Shown piece after piece: positions 61,293 to 64,000 of a stretch of DNA of 64,000 nt (position 1 is the first letter of the stretch; each line of letters begins with the position of its first letter). A program made the translations under genes and the position numbers. Source of the DNA: Bilabrum cf. latius (lineage: Eukaryota); the NCBI GenBank assembly GCA_965178125.1, contig OZ237761.1, positions 806,001 through 870,000 on the forward strand, read 5' to 3'. A model generated the notes under the pieces. The model did no database searches. It was not told where the DNA came from and was given only the letters and a program-made list of their open reading frames with translations.

Positions 61293-61995
61293 TCACAATA
61301 CACCAGGCTTGCGCTGCCGCGCCCTGCTGGTACTCCTCCTGCCGCCCCCCGAATTTTTGTGCGACTACCGGATGCCTTCGTCCATATTTTGACCAAATTC
61401 GTTCAGCTCGCTCGTAGAGCTCGGAGACCTGCGCAGAGGAGACCCGGGCGGGGTAGCAGATGGACTCCCAACAGCTTCTGGCGCCCCCTCGCTTGAAACT
61501 AACAATGCTACGCCAGCCAAAAGCATACAGGCTCCTATGAACCAACGCAATGACAGGGGTTCATTCAGCAAGAGTTGCCCCGTGCACCCAGCGCCGAGAA
61601 CCTGGGTCGCCAGCGACACCCCAACGAATGTAGTGGCCCCAGATCGTTGCATCCCCTTATACATAAATACATGTGCTGCTCCTTCGATCAGTAGCATGGC
61701 TGCTATGCCGGCTGCAGCGCTGACCCAGGCTGAGAACTAGTTGCAGTTCGAATCTTGAGAAGCGGTAGGCCCACAAAGGACAGACTACAAAAGAGCCGCT
61801 TCCCCGTTGCCTACATGGTTGAACTCTAAAAATCCTATCTGCGTTGATTGATACGCATTTGTTTGTGCGGCGCATGATACATTCATTCTGTGCAAGCCAC
61901 ACAAATTTGAAGCCATTTTGCCTCACTTTGGCTGCGGATCCCGCAACAGCTTGGATGAGCCCCGTCAGCGCACTTTCCCAAGGAATTGCTTGCAT
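61293..61995 (-). CDS. Small DMT-superfamily membrane protein, TMEM42-like
   Basis: SALTGLIQAVAGSAAK, intron 61839-61926, then FMYKGMQ...GQLLLNEPLSLRWFIGACMLLAGVALL. 3 TAGs; TGA 61293. Confidence 0.65.
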
Positions 61996-62167
61996 ATTGA
62001 TCGTATCGCTTCTTGCGTCGACCGGTGTAGTGTGCAGTGGCAGACTGGGTTGCCGTTGCCGCCGGTACATTCCGGGTCTTCCCCCGATTGCAAACCTTGC
62101 TGCCACCACTCAGTAGCCCTATAAATTTTGCAATCGTGGGATAGGGACGTTTACTGTATGCTGTAAC

Positions 62168-62638
62168 ATGGCCGCGAGCCATTCAAGCGTCACCACGGAC
62201 GCCGACGTGCTCGCACGGCACAACAGGCTGATTCGCAGCGATGCAGAGGATGCATCCAATGATTCATGGGAGGTGCGGTACGCCCGTAGAGCGTACGAAT
62301 CTTTGGATAGGAGTGCTATGCTCCTCGATTTCTCGCGGATGTCCGATGGGACCATGGTCGGCTGCAGATGGAGAACGCGACAGGAATCAGAGGCTGGGAA
62401 AGGGGACACCGAGTGCGCAAGTGTGACTTGCAACGGGCGCAGTGGTCTATAGTCGTATACATTCCCGTTCGGATTTGTGGAAGGAGGCGATACAAAGACA
62501 ATTCTTGCAACAACGAGGCTGTGTAGCCGGTGTGCTTCGATGCTTCAGACTGCCTGGAGGCTCGGACCTGACAACACTGCCAGTGGCAGCACCTCAGCAT
62601 AGTCGCCCGCTGCAAAGAAGTCTCGGATAGGTGATTGA
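62168..62638 (+). CDS. FRA10AC1: FRA10AC1-like spliceosome-associated protein
   Basis: TDADVLARHNRLIR, SWEVRYARRAY, GCRWRTRQE..GKG..CASVTC...GL[TAG]SYTFPFGFVEGG...RLCSRC. TAG at 62450 and 62600; TGA 62636. Confidence 0.85.
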
Positions 62639-62698
62639 GTCATGTGGTAGATAATTGAGAAAGCGTTAGATATTTCGAAACCGCAACGAAGCGCTATT

Positions 62699-64000
62699 TC
62701 AAGACTCCATCTCCTCCTGCTGGTGCTCGGCATCTGCTCCACTTCCATCCACACTCTCTTTCTTGTCGCCCGCTCCTTGCGGGCTTTCACGGGCAGTGCC
62801 AACTGGGCCATCATCCACACCTTCCCCATGAGCCCTGTCGGCATCCCCAGGTGGTGCATCCTCGCTGTGGACAGCACCCGCGGATGCCGCATCTGCCGGC
62901 CCTGCATCACCCCCTTCTTCTTCCTCGCCCTCTTGCTGGCCCTCGCCAACGTTCTCATCCGCCCGCAAAATCTATTTCCCATCGCCTGCACCTGCCCGCT
63001 TCCACGCCAGCTTCGTTTGACGCTGCACCAGCACGAGGGCCAGCGCCATGGGCAGCGGCCAGCCAGCCAGCATCTTGGACGAGAGCACTCGGGCGGGCCC
63101 CGGCTTGAGCCAGCCACCGGACTGCTGGGACGCAACCCCCACCCCAGCCCCCTCGCCGTCCCCTGCGCCTCCTCCCCCGATTCCACCCAGAGAAGGCACA
63201 CCTGCCGTGCTGAGGGCCTCGTCGACCCTCATCGGGGGGCACTCCGCCACGCACACAAAGTCCACTTCCAGCGCGCCACCAGGCCCAGCACCCTCCGCCC
63301 TGCTGGCCACCGTGAAGAGACCAAGGACTGTGGCGCTGCCCAAGTCCACCAGCAGCAGCGGCAGGCCCGCCAGCTGGCTCTTGCCAGCCTGCTCTTCCAC
63401 TGCTGCCAACACGGAACCCGCCGAGATCCGCAACCGCCCCAGCTTGAGTGCCCCCTGCAGCTCCGTCGTGGGGAGCCCCACAACCAGCACGCCGGCACAG
63501 GCGGACCCGCAGCGGGGTGCCACTACGCTCACGTGCGTGGCCTGGCTCTGGGTCAGCAAGTCCACGGCGCTCTGACCGTCCTCATCGCCCGCACCTGCCG
63601 CCCCCACCGCCTGCTGCGGGAGGTCGCCGGGGGCCAGCGGCTCCACCCCGGGCAGCGAGGGCGGTGCAGGGCCCTCGCCGCCGTGCACCCACTCCGCCGC
63701 TGCCGCCTCAACCGCCCCGCCGTGCTGCTGCGTGGCGGCTGGCAGCAGGGGCAGCACCACAGTCGGTGACAGCGACTAGAACGGCACCCAGGGCCCGGGA
63801 CTGACCCCGAGACTCACCAGCGCCTGTGCCGCTCGACTGTGCCGGATCGCGTGGGCCACGAGGTCCGGCTTCCTGGCAGGACCCGCGCCTTGGCCTCCCG
63901 CTGCTTCCTCGGGCTCCCGCTTCTTTCTGGGTGCTGCTTCCTTCCGCCAGGCCTTGGCCTCCCTCTGAGCGGCGCCGCCCCCTCCTGCGATCTCTTCCAC
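62699..64000 (-). CDS. 3' part of a larger protein with a DCD-like segment and acidic tail (5' end outside window)
   Basis: One frame through TAG 63776 and 62972 to TGA 62699; GLPLLLVDLGSATVLGLFTVAS...VDFVCVAECPPM resembles a DCD domain. Confidence 0.45.

Noticed and set aside
208-64000. Mass pseudogenisation as the cause of the internal stops
   Set aside because: Only TAG interrupts genes; I found no frameshifts or internal TAA/TGA, and essential genes keep all their motifs.
208-64000. Systematic C-to-T sequencing error or RIP-like mutation (CAG to TAG)
   Set aside because: This would also create CAA to TAA and CGA to TGA internal stops, which were not seen. TAG is also copied faithfully in a tandem repeat.

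Overview
Gene-dense, GC-rich eukaryotic (protist-like) nuclear DNA with about 30 genes, short GT-AG spliceosomal introns (78-154 nt), very short intergenic spacers and nearly alternating gene orientation. Main observation: the window uses a non-standard nuclear genetic code. Almost every gene (UPF1, beta-COP, DDX11, PIGV, PGAP1, STN1, MFE-2, ABHD13, EngB, FRA10AC1 and others) has in-frame TAG codons, roughly 85-90 by manual count, so the supplied ORF track is fragmented. Where the aligned residue is a conserved Gln (UPF1 [15 protein letters not shown] KQxPNFLLA, DDX11 QL), TAG occupies that position. Reading through TAG also restores C-terminal targeting signals (AKL, SDEL). Genes end in TGA (most) or TAA (4), and I found no internal in-frame TAA or TGA. 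The inferred code is UAG=Gln with UAA and UGA still stops, a rare uncoupling of UAG from UAA. Other points: a head-to-head PIGV/PGAP1 GPI-pathway pair, a secreted bacterial-type ParB-like nuclease, a GST-like/SDR fusion, a CHAT-like/STAND-like protein and three tandem repeats. Gene models were built by eye with TAG read as Gln, family assignments are from recalled motifs, and the organism cannot be identified from this window.
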